Shown: positions 54,970-64,000, counted from the first letter of the stretch. The stretch is 64,000 bases of DNA from Candidatus Nomurabacteria bacterium (GCA_943348815.1 CALQYT010000005.1:5167-69166), one strand, 5' to 3'. Notes: generated by a model from the letters alone, not told the origin. Translations and numbers: made by a program.

Positions 54970-55942
54970 GTATAAGAACGACCTCTTCTTCCGCACCTCC
55001 GCCCACATTATTGGCCTCCAGGCGGGGTTTGTGGCGGTATGTGCTGGAGCGTTTGCGGTGGCACTAGTCTACCCCGCCCTAGGCTGGGCGATTTTTGGCG
55101 CCCTCGTGATTTTTGCCTTTGTATGCGGGGCGCTGTTGGCGCGCTTTACGCTGGGCCCTGCGCGGCGCACCGCCCAGTATCAAAAACTTTTTATATCCAA
55201 TGTCGCACACGAGTTGCGTACGCCGCTCTCAATTATTAAAACCGAAAGTGAGGTGGCGCTGATTGACGAGGCGCTCCCCTCTCCGCTGAAACGCATTTTT
55301 GGCGAAATTATCGAGGAGTTAAACCGCGCCTCCGAGATCATCAACAACTTGCTGTCGCTCGAAACCCTGACCCGTCCCGAGCGGATGCAGTTCCAAAGCA
55401 TTGACGTAGCACCCATGCTCGACGAGGTAGTGCGGCGGCTTGGCCAACTAGCACACGAGCGGGCCATTAAAGTGACGATACGCAAGGAACCAGGGGCTAT
55501 CGTCTGGGGCAACGCCACGGCGCTCGAGCAAATTATGACGAACCTGATTAAAAACGCGCTCTCCTACACCCCCGCCAAGGCCCACGGCACCGTCTCGGTT
55601 ACCCTGCGGCCCGAGTCGGGGATGGTGCTGTTTGCGGTACAAGATACCGGCATTGGCATCGCCCAAGAAGACCTGCAGCATATTTTTGAGCCGTTTTACC
55701 GCGCCGACACCTCCCGCAACCGCAAAATAAAAAAGAGCGGCTCGGGTTTGGGGCTCACGATTGTGAGCGAGATGGTACGCACCCACCACGGGCGCATCCA
55801 TGTGCGCAGTGAACTGAAGAGTGGCACGATAGTGTCTATTTATTTGCCGCAAGGCGGTGCCAACAAAAGCCGCGAAAAGAGCGAGACCTCGATTGATTAC
55901 TCGGCACCCGGAGCTCGAGCCACTTCTTCATCCGCACTTTAA
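54896..55942 (+). CDS. Sensor histidine kinase
   Basis: AHELRTPL, NLIKNA, DTGIGI, GSGLGL. Confidence 0.93.
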   Translation: MKTATSYLKQSAAWATASWEKFASKYKNDLFFRTSAHIIGLQAGFVAVCAGAFAVALVYPALGWAIFGALVIFAFVCGALLARFTLGPARRTAQYQKLFISNVAHELRTPLSIIKTESEVALIDEALPSPLKRIFGEIIEELNRASEIINNLLSLETLTRPERMQFQSIDVAPMLDEVVRRLGQLAHERAIKVTIRKEPGAIVWGNATALEQIMTNLIKNALSYTPAKAHGTVSVTLRPESGMVLFAVQDTGIGIAQEDLQHIFEPFYRADTSRNRKIKKSGSGLGLTIVSEMVRTHHGRIHVRSELKSGTIVSIYLPQGGANKSREKSETSIDYSAPGARATSSSAL

Positions 55943-56106
55943 GCACCCTTTGGTATTCTGCAACTGTTGCGCGCACAGAAGAATGTTTGACGGGGCGGCG
56001 CTCCTGAGCCACATAGTGGCCGCTGTTACCTGCCAGACAAACGCACCGTTATAAAGGTCATACTAGTAAGTTCGCGCTAAGGCGGTATGAAAGAAGCACT
56101 GGTTTA

Positions 56107-56146
56107 GCCGAGGGGCCCTGCACCAAGGTGTTGGGGCCCCTCGGCG
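56107..56146. terminator. Strong hairpin between convergent genes
   Basis: gccgaggggccc..gggcccctcggc; no clear T-tail. Confidence 0.45.
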
Positions 56147-56157
56147 TAACTTGAAAG

Positions 56158-56892
56158 CTACTTAGTACCCGCAATGATATGTAGGACATCACGCGCCGAG
56201 TGTTCGCCGACAAATGTTTCAAACAAATAGAGGTTGTCGAGGTCGCGCAGTATCGCCATAACCGCCACGATAGTAACTACAAATGAAGCCTTAAGTAAGG
56301 AGGGTATTAAAAGCCCGACCGATGGAATGATAGAGATGGTAGTGATGAGAATGATGACGAAGAAAATCATGAGATACCACTGAAAGGGCACCATCTCCTC
56401 GTACCAAAGCATCACCATATTTTTGCGTAGCACTTGCGCATCGGAGAGATTGCTCATGATGCGCCCTATCGCCTGCCCGCGAAGACTCTCTATTTTATTA
56501 TCGCCAATGAGACGCTCCAGCAGCGCATGTATCGAAGTGATGGTGTTTGATTTGTTGGTAAAGTGAAAGTCCCATCGTCTGGTCTCTAACACTTTGTGGT
56601 AGTGAGCGGTTAAGATTTTTGTTACTTCTTGGTGGAACTCTGCAGAAACATTGGTAGAAGCGCGGTAACAGCCGGTCAGTTTTCCGTCGAAGGTACTGAT
56701 GATCTCGCGTATTTTAGTGTAGCGATTTCCTTGCCGCGTGATAAAAAAACCCGCAAACATCGAGAAAACGAAGGTGGTGATGGTGATAAACGTCTTATCA
56801 GTATTCTCTGCGCCAAAGCTCACGGAAAAGTAGAGGCAAAAGACTGCAATAAACAGGAGTACAAAAAGACTTTGGGTGCGCCTGGTGTGCAT
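56158..56892 (-). CDS. Hypothetical four-TM membrane protein
   Basis: Two pairs of TM helices around a helical domain; TACAAT-6 nt-ATG. Confidence 0.75.
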   Translation of the reverse strand: MHTRRTQSLFVLLFIAVFCLYFSVSFGAENTDKTFITITTFVFSMFAGFFITRQGNRYTKIREIISTFDGKLTGCYRASTNVSAEFHQEVTKILTAHYHKVLETRRWDFHFTNKSNTITSIHALLERLIGDNKIESLRGQAIGRIMSNLSDAQVLRKNMVMLWYEEMVPFQWYLMIFFVIILITTISIIPSVGLLIPSLLKASFVVTIVAVMAILRDLDNLYLFETFVGEHSARDVLHIIAGTK

Positions 56893-56932
56893 GAGAACAT
56901 TGTAGCGCAAATTTTTGGCGTACAATTACCCT

Positions 56933-57286
56933 ATGGAGGGCCTCTCTAACTATGAGAAGGAAGTTCGTCCGTGGGGAAACTTTGAGCGCTTTACGCTCAA
57001 TGAGCCCTGCACGGTCAAGATTATTACCGTCGAGCCCAACCAGCAGCTCTCGCTCCAGCAGCATGAGCATCGCGACGAAGAGTGGAAGATCCTCCGCGGC
57101 TCGGGCATTGTCACCGTTGACGACACTAAAACCGCTGTTACTCCAGGCGATGAATTTCGGGTGCTGCGGGGCGAGCGACATCGGGTTGCAAGCGGCATCG
57201 ATGGCCTGCAATTTTTAGAAATCTCCTTCGGACAGTTTGATGAAAACGACATTACCCGCCTAGAAGACAACTATGGACGGGTCTGA
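56933..57286 (+). CDS. Mannose-6-phosphate isomerase type II C-terminal cupin
   Basis: RPWG, LSLQQHEHRDEEW, ENDITRLEDNYGR. Confidence 0.9.
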   Translation: MEGLSNYEKEVRPWGNFERFTLNEPCTVKIITVEPNQQLSLQQHEHRDEEWKILRGSGIVTVDDTKTAVTPGDEFRVLRGERHRVASGIDGLQFLEISFGQFDENDITRLEDNYGRV

Positions 57287-58391
57287 TCTGCTGCGGTTTT
57301 TGTTAATTCTTGCCGCATTATTTTTTGCGTGCTTGGCGCTGCTTTTTTATTGGATAGCGTCGGTGCGCCGGCCGATTAGGCTGTGGCGATCGGCCAAAAA
57401 TCCAATACTCCGCCCCGACCCAACGCATTGGTGGGAGTCGGAGGCCGTGTTTAACCCGGCGGCGCTCTATCACGACGGCCGTGTGCACTTGTTTTATCGT
57501 GCGATGGGTCACGACGGCGTCTCACGCGTGGGACATGTCAGCTCGGCCGATGGTATCCACTTTGACGAGCGCTCGCCCACTCCGGTGTTCGACAAAAAGC
57601 CCGACTTTCATCCGCCCCCTAAAGTTAGTTACGCAACGCTTACCTACGACACCGACCAGTACGCCTCGGGCGGTGGTTGGGGCGGGGTTGAAGATCCGCG
57701 CGTGGTTAAAATCGACGATCGCATTTACATGACCTTCAGCGTTTTTGAAGGCTGGCAGTCAATACGGCTTGGCGTTACGTCCATGCTGCACCGTGATTTG
57801 GACGACCGTGCGTGGAATAACTGGTTACCTTACATCCCTATGTCGCCGCGCGGACAAACGCACAAAAATTGGGTTCTTTTCCCCGAAAAAATAAACGGCA
57901 AGTTTGCGATATTGCACGCGCTCACCCCCACCATCATGATCGAGTATGTCGATGATTTGGAGAATTTGCGCGACAAACCGATCCAGAGCAACAACCACCG
58001 TTCGGGGCGTAAGGGAAAGTGGGATGTGATCATTCGTGGCGCGGGCGCGCCGCCTATCTACACGCCGTACGGCTGGCTATTGCTATACCATGGTTTTGAT
58101 CCCAACAACGGGCCAGGGTATAACGTGGGCGCAATGTTGCTTGACCTGCACGAACCAGAGAAAATTTTGTACCAAACCGACGAACCGATCTTACAACCGA
58201 CTGAATGGTACGAAAACGACTGGAAACCAGGGGTAACCTACGCCTCGGGCGCGTGCGTGGTTAAAGGCGAGCTGTTTGTCTACTATGGCGGTGGCGACAA
58301 ATATATTGCGGCCGCCCACGCGCCCCTGCGCGACTTCCTGCGCAAACTTATGACCCACCAACACGCGGTCCTTACCCCGGTAAAAGTATGA
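57273..58391 (+). CDS. GH130-like glycoside phosphorylase with N-terminal TM
   Basis: NPIL.P..WE..AVFNP, GVEDPR, KNWVLFPEKING, YYGGGD. Confidence 0.88.
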   Translation: MDGSDLLRFLLILAALFFACLALLFYWIASVRRPIRLWRSAKNPILRPDPTHWWESEAVFNPAALYHDGRVHLFYRAMGHDGVSRVGHVSSADGIHFDERSPTPVFDKKPDFHPPPKVSYATLTYDTDQYASGGGWGGVEDPRVVKIDDRIYMTFSVFEGWQSIRLGVTSMLHRDLDDRAWNNWLPYIPMSPRGQTHKNWVLFPEKINGKFAILHALTPTIMIEYVDDLENLRDKPIQSNNHRSGRKGKWDVIIRGAGAPPIYTPYGWLLLYHGFDPNNGPGYNVGAMLLDLHEPEKILYQTDEPILQPTEWYENDWKPGVTYASGACVVKGELFVYYGGGDKYIAAAHAPLRDFLRKLMTHQHAVLTPVKV

Positions 58392-59392
58392 AGGCCTATG
58401 AGCAACACGCTGGCAAGGCGGTTGAGGATTCGCGCTTCAGTCATATGATGGCTATAGCACTTGACCCTAGCTCTCACTACAAAAAAGGGGTCATACGCTG
58501 CATCACCAGCCGCGAGGGAGACGTGGCTACAAAAGGATATATAGACCGAAGCGAGTTATATACAATCTCCGGAGAAACGCTGGAGAAATTTTTGGTTGGA
58601 GAACGACTACAAATAAAAAACGAAAAAGAAACTTTAGACCGGCTCAACAGCGAAGAGTGGAATTTTATAGGGCTTGAAGACCCGGATATCTTTGTCGACG
58701 ACAAGACCGGCCTCACTCATCTGTACTTTACGATGCCGCTTCTTAATAGAGACTCAACAAAAGAACAAGCTCTTATAAATCTGGGACACGCTGTGGGTCG
58801 AAATCTAGACTCGCTCGAGATGACTATGCCTGCACTGCAAGCAGATGCAAACAATACTGCAAAAGAAGTTTCTATCGCACCCATAAACTCCAAAGGAGTT
58901 CGTTACAATCTTATCGAATCAAGCTCGATTGAGGATGGGGTGTGGTATTCGACCGTGCGCGTTGCTATTGCCGCTGACATGGGTATGCCATGGCAGTTTG
59001 GCGAGACGGTCTTCCATCCAAATAAGCACAACATCCCGTGGATAGGCGGGCACGCATCGCCCGGACCGCTCTTTTCTAAAACATTTATTGATGTCGGCGA
59101 GGGCAAGGCGGTCGGGGTAATCAACGGCCGCGAGGCCAACAAGCACAAGGGTGGTAAAACTGTGTATGGAATATTTTCTGTCGGGCTTTTTATCTACGAT
59201 TATGAAAAAGGAACGATTGATTGGGTCTCACCCGAGCCGTTTATCCACGATACCGAGGCGCGTACTATTACTTTTGCCAGCCAATTTGTCGAAACAAAAC
59301 CGGGCGAAGGAGTTTTGTACGCGCACGTCGACGACTCGTTTGTCAGGGCTTATACCCTGCATGCCGAAAGTATTAGAGCTCTCCTCCCCTGA
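58388..59392 (+). CDS. Beta-propeller glycosidase-like protein
   Basis: GLEDPDI motif, in the GH130 operon, AT-richer. Confidence 0.6.
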   Translation: MKAYEQHAGKAVEDSRFSHMMAIALDPSSHYKKGVIRCITSREGDVATKGYIDRSELYTISGETLEKFLVGERLQIKNEKETLDRLNSEEWNFIGLEDPDIFVDDKTGLTHLYFTMPLLNRDSTKEQALINLGHAVGRNLDSLEMTMPALQADANNTAKEVSIAPINSKGVRYNLIESSSIEDGVWYSTVRVAIAADMGMPWQFGETVFHPNKHNIPWIGGHASPGPLFSKTFIDVGEGKAVGVINGREANKHKGGKTVYGIFSVGLFIYDYEKGTIDWVSPEPFIHDTEARTITFASQFVETKPGEGVLYAHVDDSFVRAYTLHAESIRALLP

Positions 59393-59459
59393 GCAAGGTT
59401 CGACCTTGCTCACTTGCAGGTTAAACCTGCAGAATAAGCAAGGTCCGACCTTGCTTATT
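59390..59459. repeat. Cluster of three REP palindromes
   Basis: tgagcaaggttcgaccttgctca, tgcaggttaaacctgca, aataagcaaggtccgaccttgcttatt. Confidence 0.88.
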
Positions 59460-59486
59460 TGTTGTGCTGTAAGGATTTTTGATATA

Positions 59487-59515
59487 TTGACGAAAAACAG
59501 TTTTGGAGGTATAAT
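59487..59515 (+). promoter_or_regulatory. sigma70 promoter
   Basis: TTGACG-17 nt-TATAAT. Confidence 0.8.
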
Positions 59516-59560
59516 CGGGATAAGTTCGAAGTTCCGTTTTAACCCAAGGAGAAGACCCCG

Positions 59561-59806
59561 ATGGACGAGAGTCCTCACTTCTACGTTCGGACCTATGACA
59601 CTCCAGGTTGGCTGGTGCTCGCAATGCTCTGCATTACGCTGCTTGCCTGCTGGGTGTCATATCACACGCCGCCAAGCATGGAACGGCTCGGTTACTGGCT
59701 CGCCACAGCAATAGCCGCGGCCTTCAGCGCGTTCCTGGTGTACCGCTGGATATATGGCCGACCGGTGCGACATGACTGCGTCGACCCGATGATCCGGGAC
59801 ATCTGA
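59561..59806 (+). CDS. Orphan two-TM protein
   Basis: AAGGAG SD, own promoter, hairpin gcccctgga..tccgggggc-ttt. Confidence 0.7.
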   Translation: MDESPHFYVRTYDTPGWLVLAMLCITLLACWVSYHTPPSMERLGYWLATAIAAAFSAFLVYRWIYGRPVRHDCVDPMIRDI

Positions 59807-59880
59807 CCGGCCCCGACAAATTGTGCTCGGCCCCTGGAGAAATCCGGGGGCTTTGAGTTTTTGGTGATACAATTTTTGTG

Positions 59881-61806
59881 ATGTACGTTATTCGTCGGTC
59901 GGAACATAATCCTTTGATCTCGCCCCAAAACGACAAACAGTGGGAGGCGCGCGGCACCTATAACCCCACCGTCGTACAAAAGGGCAAGGTTACGCATATG
60001 TTTTATCGCGCACTCGGCCGTCCCGACGCCCTGATGACCCCCGCCGGCATATCGTCGATTGGCAAAGCGCTCTCGCTCGACGGCGAGCACTACCAAAACC
60101 GCCGGCAGTTTATTATCCCCACCGAGCCCTGGGAGAAATATGGCTGCGAGGACCCGCGCGTCACTTTTTTTGAAGGCAAGTATTATATTTTTTATACCGC
60201 GCTCGGCGGCATGCCCTTTGGCCCCGGCAATATCAAAGTGGCGGTCGCGGTTTCGAAAGATTTAGAGACGATCGAAGAAAAGCATCTCGTCACGCCGTTT
60301 AACGCCAAGGCGATGGCGCTTTTTCCCGAGCGCGTCAACGGCAAGATTACCGTCATACTCACCGCGCACACCGACGAGCCGCCGGCGCGTATCGCCATTG
60401 CGCAGTGCGACAAGATGGAAGAGCTCTGGGACCTAGGTTTTTGGGAGCGCTGGCACAGCGAGCTTGGCGAGCACATCATCAACCCGCTGCGGTTTGACCA
60501 CGACCACGTCGAGGTAGGCGCGGCGCCACTTAAAACCAAAGACGGCTGGCTCTTGTTTTATTCCTACATTCAAAATTATTTCGGCGGCGGCGACCGCGTG
60601 TTTGGCATCGAAGCACTGTTGTTGGACAATAAAGATCCACGCCTGATCCGCGGCAAAACCAAGGGCCCGATTATGGTCCCGCAAGAGATTTACGAAAAGT
60701 ACGGTATTGTGCCCGACATTGTCTTCCCCACCGGCGCAATACTCCACAAAAATAACCGCGTCGATTTGTACTATGGCGGTGCCGACACCGTGTGTGCCAA
60801 AGCCTCGCTCAACTTGCCCGACTTACTTTCGGCACTCATCCCCGAGCGCCGCGTCGAGCTGTGCGAGCGCGTTAAAAACAATCCTATACTTTCACCCACT
60901 AAAGAACATTCGTGGGAAAGCCGCGCCGTATTTAACGCCGCAACGGTAGAGTTGGGCAAAGACGTGCACATTTTGTATCGCGCCATGGGCGAGGATAACA
61001 CCAGCGTGATGGGCTGGGCTAAAAGTAAAGATGGCATCAAAATTACCGGGCGAGGACAAGAACCCGCGTACGTGCCGCGCGAGGACTTTGAGATGAAGCG
61101 CAACCAACCTAACGGCAACTCGGGGTGCGAGGATCCGCGCATAACCAAAATTGGCGACACCCTCTACATGACCTACACCGCTTACAACGGCGTTGACGCC
61201 ACGCGCGTCGCGCTTACCTCTATCTCGACCAAAGATTTCTTGGCCAAAAAGTGGGATAAATGGAGCAAGCCGGTACTCACCACGCCGGACAAGGTCAACG
61301 ACAAAGATACCTGTTTGTTGTCCGAAAAAGTAGACGGCAAGTACATGCTGCTGCACCGGATTGACCCGCAGTTATGCGCCGACTTTTTGGACACGCTCGA
61401 CTTTGACAAATCGCGCCTCACCCGCTGTATCGAGATTATGGGTCCGCGCCCCGGCTGCTGGGATAGCCAAAAAATAGGCATCGCCGGGCCGCCGATTAAA
61501 ACCAAAAAAGGCTGGCTGCTTATTTATCACGGGGTTTCTAAAACCACAACCTATCGCTTGGGTGCGGTACTCTTAGACCCTAAAAATCCTTCCGTAGTTC
61601 TCTCGCGCAGCGTCGATGCTATTTTGGAACCGATCGAAGAGTACGAGCGCGTAGGGATCGTGCGCAACGCGGTGTTTAGCTGCGGTTCGGTCTTGCGCGG
61701 CGACACACTCTTTATATACTACGGCGGTGCCGATACCGTGCTGTGCGTCGCTAAAGTATCGCTTAAAAAATTACTAAAAATCTTACTGCCCGAAAACTTG
61801 CAATGA
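59881..61806 (+). CDS. Tandem GH130-like glycoside phosphorylase
   Basis: Two copies of NP..WE..FN, GCEDPR, YYGGAD. Confidence 0.92.
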   Translation: MYVIRRSEHNPLISPQNDKQWEARGTYNPTVVQKGKVTHMFYRALGRPDALMTPAGISSIGKALSLDGEHYQNRRQFIIPTEPWEKYGCEDPRVTFFEGKYYIFYTALGGMPFGPGNIKVAVAVSKDLETIEEKHLVTPFNAKAMALFPERVNGKITVILTAHTDEPPARIAIAQCDKMEELWDLGFWERWHSELGEHIINPLRFDHDHVEVGAAPLKTKDGWLLFYSYIQNYFGGGDRVFGIEALLLDNKDPRLIRGKTKGPIMVPQEIYEKYGIVPDIVFPTGAILHKNNRVDLYYGGADTVCAKASLNLPDLLSALIPERRVELCERVKNNPILSPTKEHSWESRAVFNAATVELGKDVHILYRAMGEDNTSVMGWAKSKDGIKITGRGQEPAYVPREDFEMKRNQPNGNSGCEDPRITKIGDTLYMTYTAYNGVDATRVALTSISTKDFLAKKWDKWSKPVLTTPDKVNDKDTCLLSEKVDGKYMLLHRIDPQLCADFLDTLDFDKSRLTRCIEIMGPRPGCWDSQKIGIAGPPIKTKKGWLLIYHGVSKTTTYRLGAVLLDPKNPSVVLSRSVDAILEPIEEYERVGIVRNAVFSCGSVLRGDTLFIYYGGADTVLCVAKVSLKKLLKILLPENLQ

Positions 61807-62171
61807 AGTCCGGCTTCTCCAGTAAAAATCCCGCCCTGCGCCGGCGGGCAGTGCTCGCTCTCCAAATTAGACCTCCGAAAAACGCCATAAAATTACTAGC
61901 GAGGGCCTTGACTAAGGACCCCTCCGCGGTGATACGACACGAGGCTGCTTTCGTGCTTGGGGCGCTGCACAGAAGAAAAGCTTTATCACCACTTATAAAA
62001 GCCGCGCTGCAGGATCCATCTGACTTAGTGCGACACGAAGCAATCGAAGCACTTGGCGATTTAGGTATTAAAACGGCAAAAGTAAAAAAACTCCTCCTAA
62101 AATTTCAAAAAGAGCCTAATCCCATTATAAAAGATACCGCCTTGATCGCATACAAAACTCTAAAACTTTAA
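61803..62171 (+). CDS. HEAT-repeat protein
   Basis: DPS..(I/V)RHEA..LG twice. Confidence 0.85.
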   Translation: MKSGFSSKNPALRRRAVLALQIRPPKNAIKLLARALTKDPSAVIRHEAAFVLGALHRRKALSPLIKAALQDPSDLVRHEAIEALGDLGIKTAKVKKLLLKFQKEPNPIIKDTALIAYKTLKL

Positions 62172-62185
62172 ACTCCAACTATAAC

Positions 62186-62205
62186 CCATATGATATATCA
62201 TATGG
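62186..62205. repeat. Perfect 20-bp palindrome downstream of the TrpR-like gene
   Basis: ccatatgatatatcatatgg. Confidence 0.85.
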
Positions 62206-62216
62206 TTCACTGTCAC

Positions 62217-62642
62217 TTATCTATCTTTATATTCTTTAGGCCAGGGAAACAACAGAAAATGGGCGGGGTATTTCTTTTTTAGACGATAGAGCAAACTGGT
62301 GGCATATAATTTCTTTTCTTTACGTTTTTGATATTCCTCTTCCATTCCCTTAATTGCTCGTTCATAACCAGGCATCTGATCCTGCAACCATCGGTGTACA
62401 CGATGCACAGTATCCATTCCAACTTTTAAACTCCCAGAAATATTTTCATGACTATGTCCTGCAATAAGTCGCCGCGCAATAAGAATCCGGCGACCAAGCA
62501 TAATGCGCTCGCTTGGCGTGAGGAGATCGCGCAAAAATAATTTCATTGCATCCCTGCCGCGCACACTCCCGGCTGCGGTATATAACGCATCTAACGTTTC
62601 TATCCTCTGCTGGTCATTGAGTTCTCGTGGCCGTACTTTCAT
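62217..62642 (-). CDS. TrpR-like YerC/YecD protein
   Basis: FLRDLLTPSERIMLGRRILIARRL..I...LKVG..TV.RV..WL. Confidence 0.85.
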   Translation of the reverse strand: MKVRPRELNDQQRIETLDALYTAAGSVRGRDAMKLFLRDLLTPSERIMLGRRILIARRLIAGHSHENISGSLKVGMDTVHRVHRWLQDQMPGYERAIKGMEEEYQKRKEKKLYATSLLYRLKKKYPAHFLLFPWPKEYKDR

Positions 62643-62657
62643 ATGATATATCATATG
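62640..62657. promoter_or_regulatory. 18-bp palindrome covering the -10 element and start codon of the TrpR-like gene
   Basis: catatgatatatcatatg, the same core as 62186-62205. Confidence 0.8.
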
Positions 62658-62733
62658 GCTAAATGTCTCTGATTTATGAAAGGCCTGGGGATAGAGGGAG
62701 AAAATTGAGCGGGAAGACGGTATAGTGCTAAAC

Positions 62734-63489
62734 ATGGTTGCCCACCCAAAACTTGTTGTGTTTGACCTCGACGGTACGCTGGCCGAAAGCAAGCAGCGCA
62801 TACCCGCACAAATGGGCGAGCGGCTAGCCGCGCTTTTGCAAAAGATGCCGGTTGCGATTATGTCCGGCGCCGGATTCCCCCAGTTTGAAAGGCAGGTCTT
62901 CCCCGCATTGCCGCTGGAAGCTAAACTCGACCGGCTCTACATATTCCCCGACAATGCGGCGCAGTGTTTTATTTATCGCCAAGGCACCTGGCACGCGCAG
63001 TATGACAACGCGTTTACTCTCGTTGAACGTGAGCATATTTTAAAAGCGCTCGACGAAGCCTTAAACGAAACTGGTCTCCACGACGTACCAGTGCGTGTGT
63101 GGGGGCAGCGGGTTGAAGACCGCGGCGCGGAGATTGTGTTCTCCGGCCTCGGTCAGGAAGCGCCGCCGGAAGAAAAGCGTAAATGGGATCCGGACGGTAC
63201 TAAAAAAAATGCCCTGCGCACGGCACTGGCTAAACGTCTGCCCGAATTTTCAGAAGGTGCCAACGGCTCGACCTCGGTCGACATCACCCGCAAAGGCATC
63301 AACAAAGCCTACGGCGTGCAGCGGCTGACTGAATTGACCCAAATTTCCCCCGCACAAATGTTATATGTGGGCGACGCACTCGAAGAAGGCGGCAACGACG
63401 CGGTGGTTATTGGCACCGGCATTCCTACCCACACCGTATTTGGCCCCGAAGAGACCGCGGGCCTTATAGACGAGCTTTTGCGCTCTTAA
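62734..63489 (+). CDS. HAD-IIB hydrolase, phosphomannomutase-like
   Basis: FDLDGTL, SG, EDRG, GSTSVDI, GD..EGGND. Confidence 0.85.
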   Translation: MVAHPKLVVFDLDGTLAESKQRIPAQMGERLAALLQKMPVAIMSGAGFPQFERQVFPALPLEAKLDRLYIFPDNAAQCFIYRQGTWHAQYDNAFTLVEREHILKALDEALNETGLHDVPVRVWGQRVEDRGAEIVFSGLGQEAPPEEKRKWDPDGTKKNALRTALAKRLPEFSEGANGSTSVDITRKGINKAYGVQRLTELTQISPAQMLYVGDALEEGGNDAVVIGTGIPTHTVFGPEETAGLIDELLRS

Positions 63490-63510
63490 AAATAGGAGTA
63501 CTATAGGGGC

Positions 63511-64000
63511 ATGATAGCCGGAACAAGTACGGGACGCTTTTTTACTATAAGTGTGGTCGCGGTTTTGGGTTTGTGCGCTTTTATTTCTATCCCGCTTGCA
63601 CGTGCCACATCAAGTGCCGAGCAGACAGATGTCTCTGCACTTTCGGCCGTAAGCGGCGGCGGCGAGCAGCGTTTGGGTACCGGACTTTCTGGTTCGGTTG
63701 CCGCGCTTGCAATGAAATTTAAAGAAAACGATACGGCAAGCATGGAGGTAAATGGCTTCCCCTATGCCATCCTCAACGAGTGTCTCGATTCTTCTTACCT
63801 CAATTGTGCCCAGCCGGCGGCGTTTAACTACCACAACGACCCGGCCTACTTCTCGTACGTATCGCACGTGGGAGACGACATTGTGGTATCAATCTACAAA
63901 GATGCGAGTGCCATAGATTACGACAACACGCCTTACACACTCAACCCTGCTCTCTACTACTCGATCTCGTTCTTTATCTTCCCGAATTCGGGTACCGGCT
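63511..64000 (+). CDS. Secreted hypothetical protein (runs off the window end)
   Basis: Open frame from ATG 63511 with a signal peptide (MIAGTSTGRFFTISVVAVLGLCAFISIPLARA). Confidence 0.65.
   Translation, partial: MIAGTSTGRFFTISVVAVLGLCAFISIPLARATSSAEQTDVSALSAVSGGGEQRLGTGLSGSVAALAMKFKENDTASMEVNGFPYAILNECLDSSYLNCAQPAAFNYHNDPAYFSYVSHVGDDIVVSIYKDASAIDYDNTPYTLNPALYYSISFFIFPNSGTG

Noticed and set aside
59390-59459. Possible mini-CRISPR array
   Set aside because: Adjacent non-identical hairpins with no spacers and no cas genes; they match the REP family
1-64000. Alternative genetic code (UGA read as Gly or Trp)
   Set aside because: Conserved genes are full length in code 11, and TGA ends genes such as proS, mreB and chdC

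Overview
64-kb window from a small-genome bacterium whose gene content and style point to Patescibacteria/CPR (Parcubacteria-like); this is an inference from class I LysRS, two mreB paralogues, stand-alone SWIB, class F sortase, a GH130 cluster and overlapping compact genes. It uses genetic code 11. The backbone is housekeeping: rsmH-mraZ, lysS, greA, mreB-mreC-PBP2, proS, valS, rseP, frr, nth, holB, murA, def-fmt, hpf, glnA-amtB, a five-gene haem operon, two-component systems and a mannoside GH130/PMI/PMM cluster. The main observation is two separate expression grammars. Housekeeping genes are leaderless (TAnnnT, 6-7 nt, ATG) or lack a Shine-Dalgarno (SD) site. About 18 scattered orphan genes have a strong SD and usually their own -35/-10 promoter and intrinsic terminator. 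These include two alphaproteobacterial-style outer-membrane beta-barrels, two XRE regulators, an RNAP alpha-CTD-like protein, a cold-shock-domain protein and a pseudo-dimeric HisI. One hypothesis is that they are meant for a host's expression machinery; retained signals from recent horizontal transfer is the main alternative. Other features are a RAYT with dispersed REP palindromes (several just upstream of the orphan promoters), palindromes inserted in frame in proteins, a 190-nt group I intron in tRNA-Asn, an atypical tRNA-Cys abutting a PvcA/Dit1-like gene, two unassigned structured RNA candidates and several unlisted small ORFs. All family assignments come from motif recognition by eye; no database searches were run.
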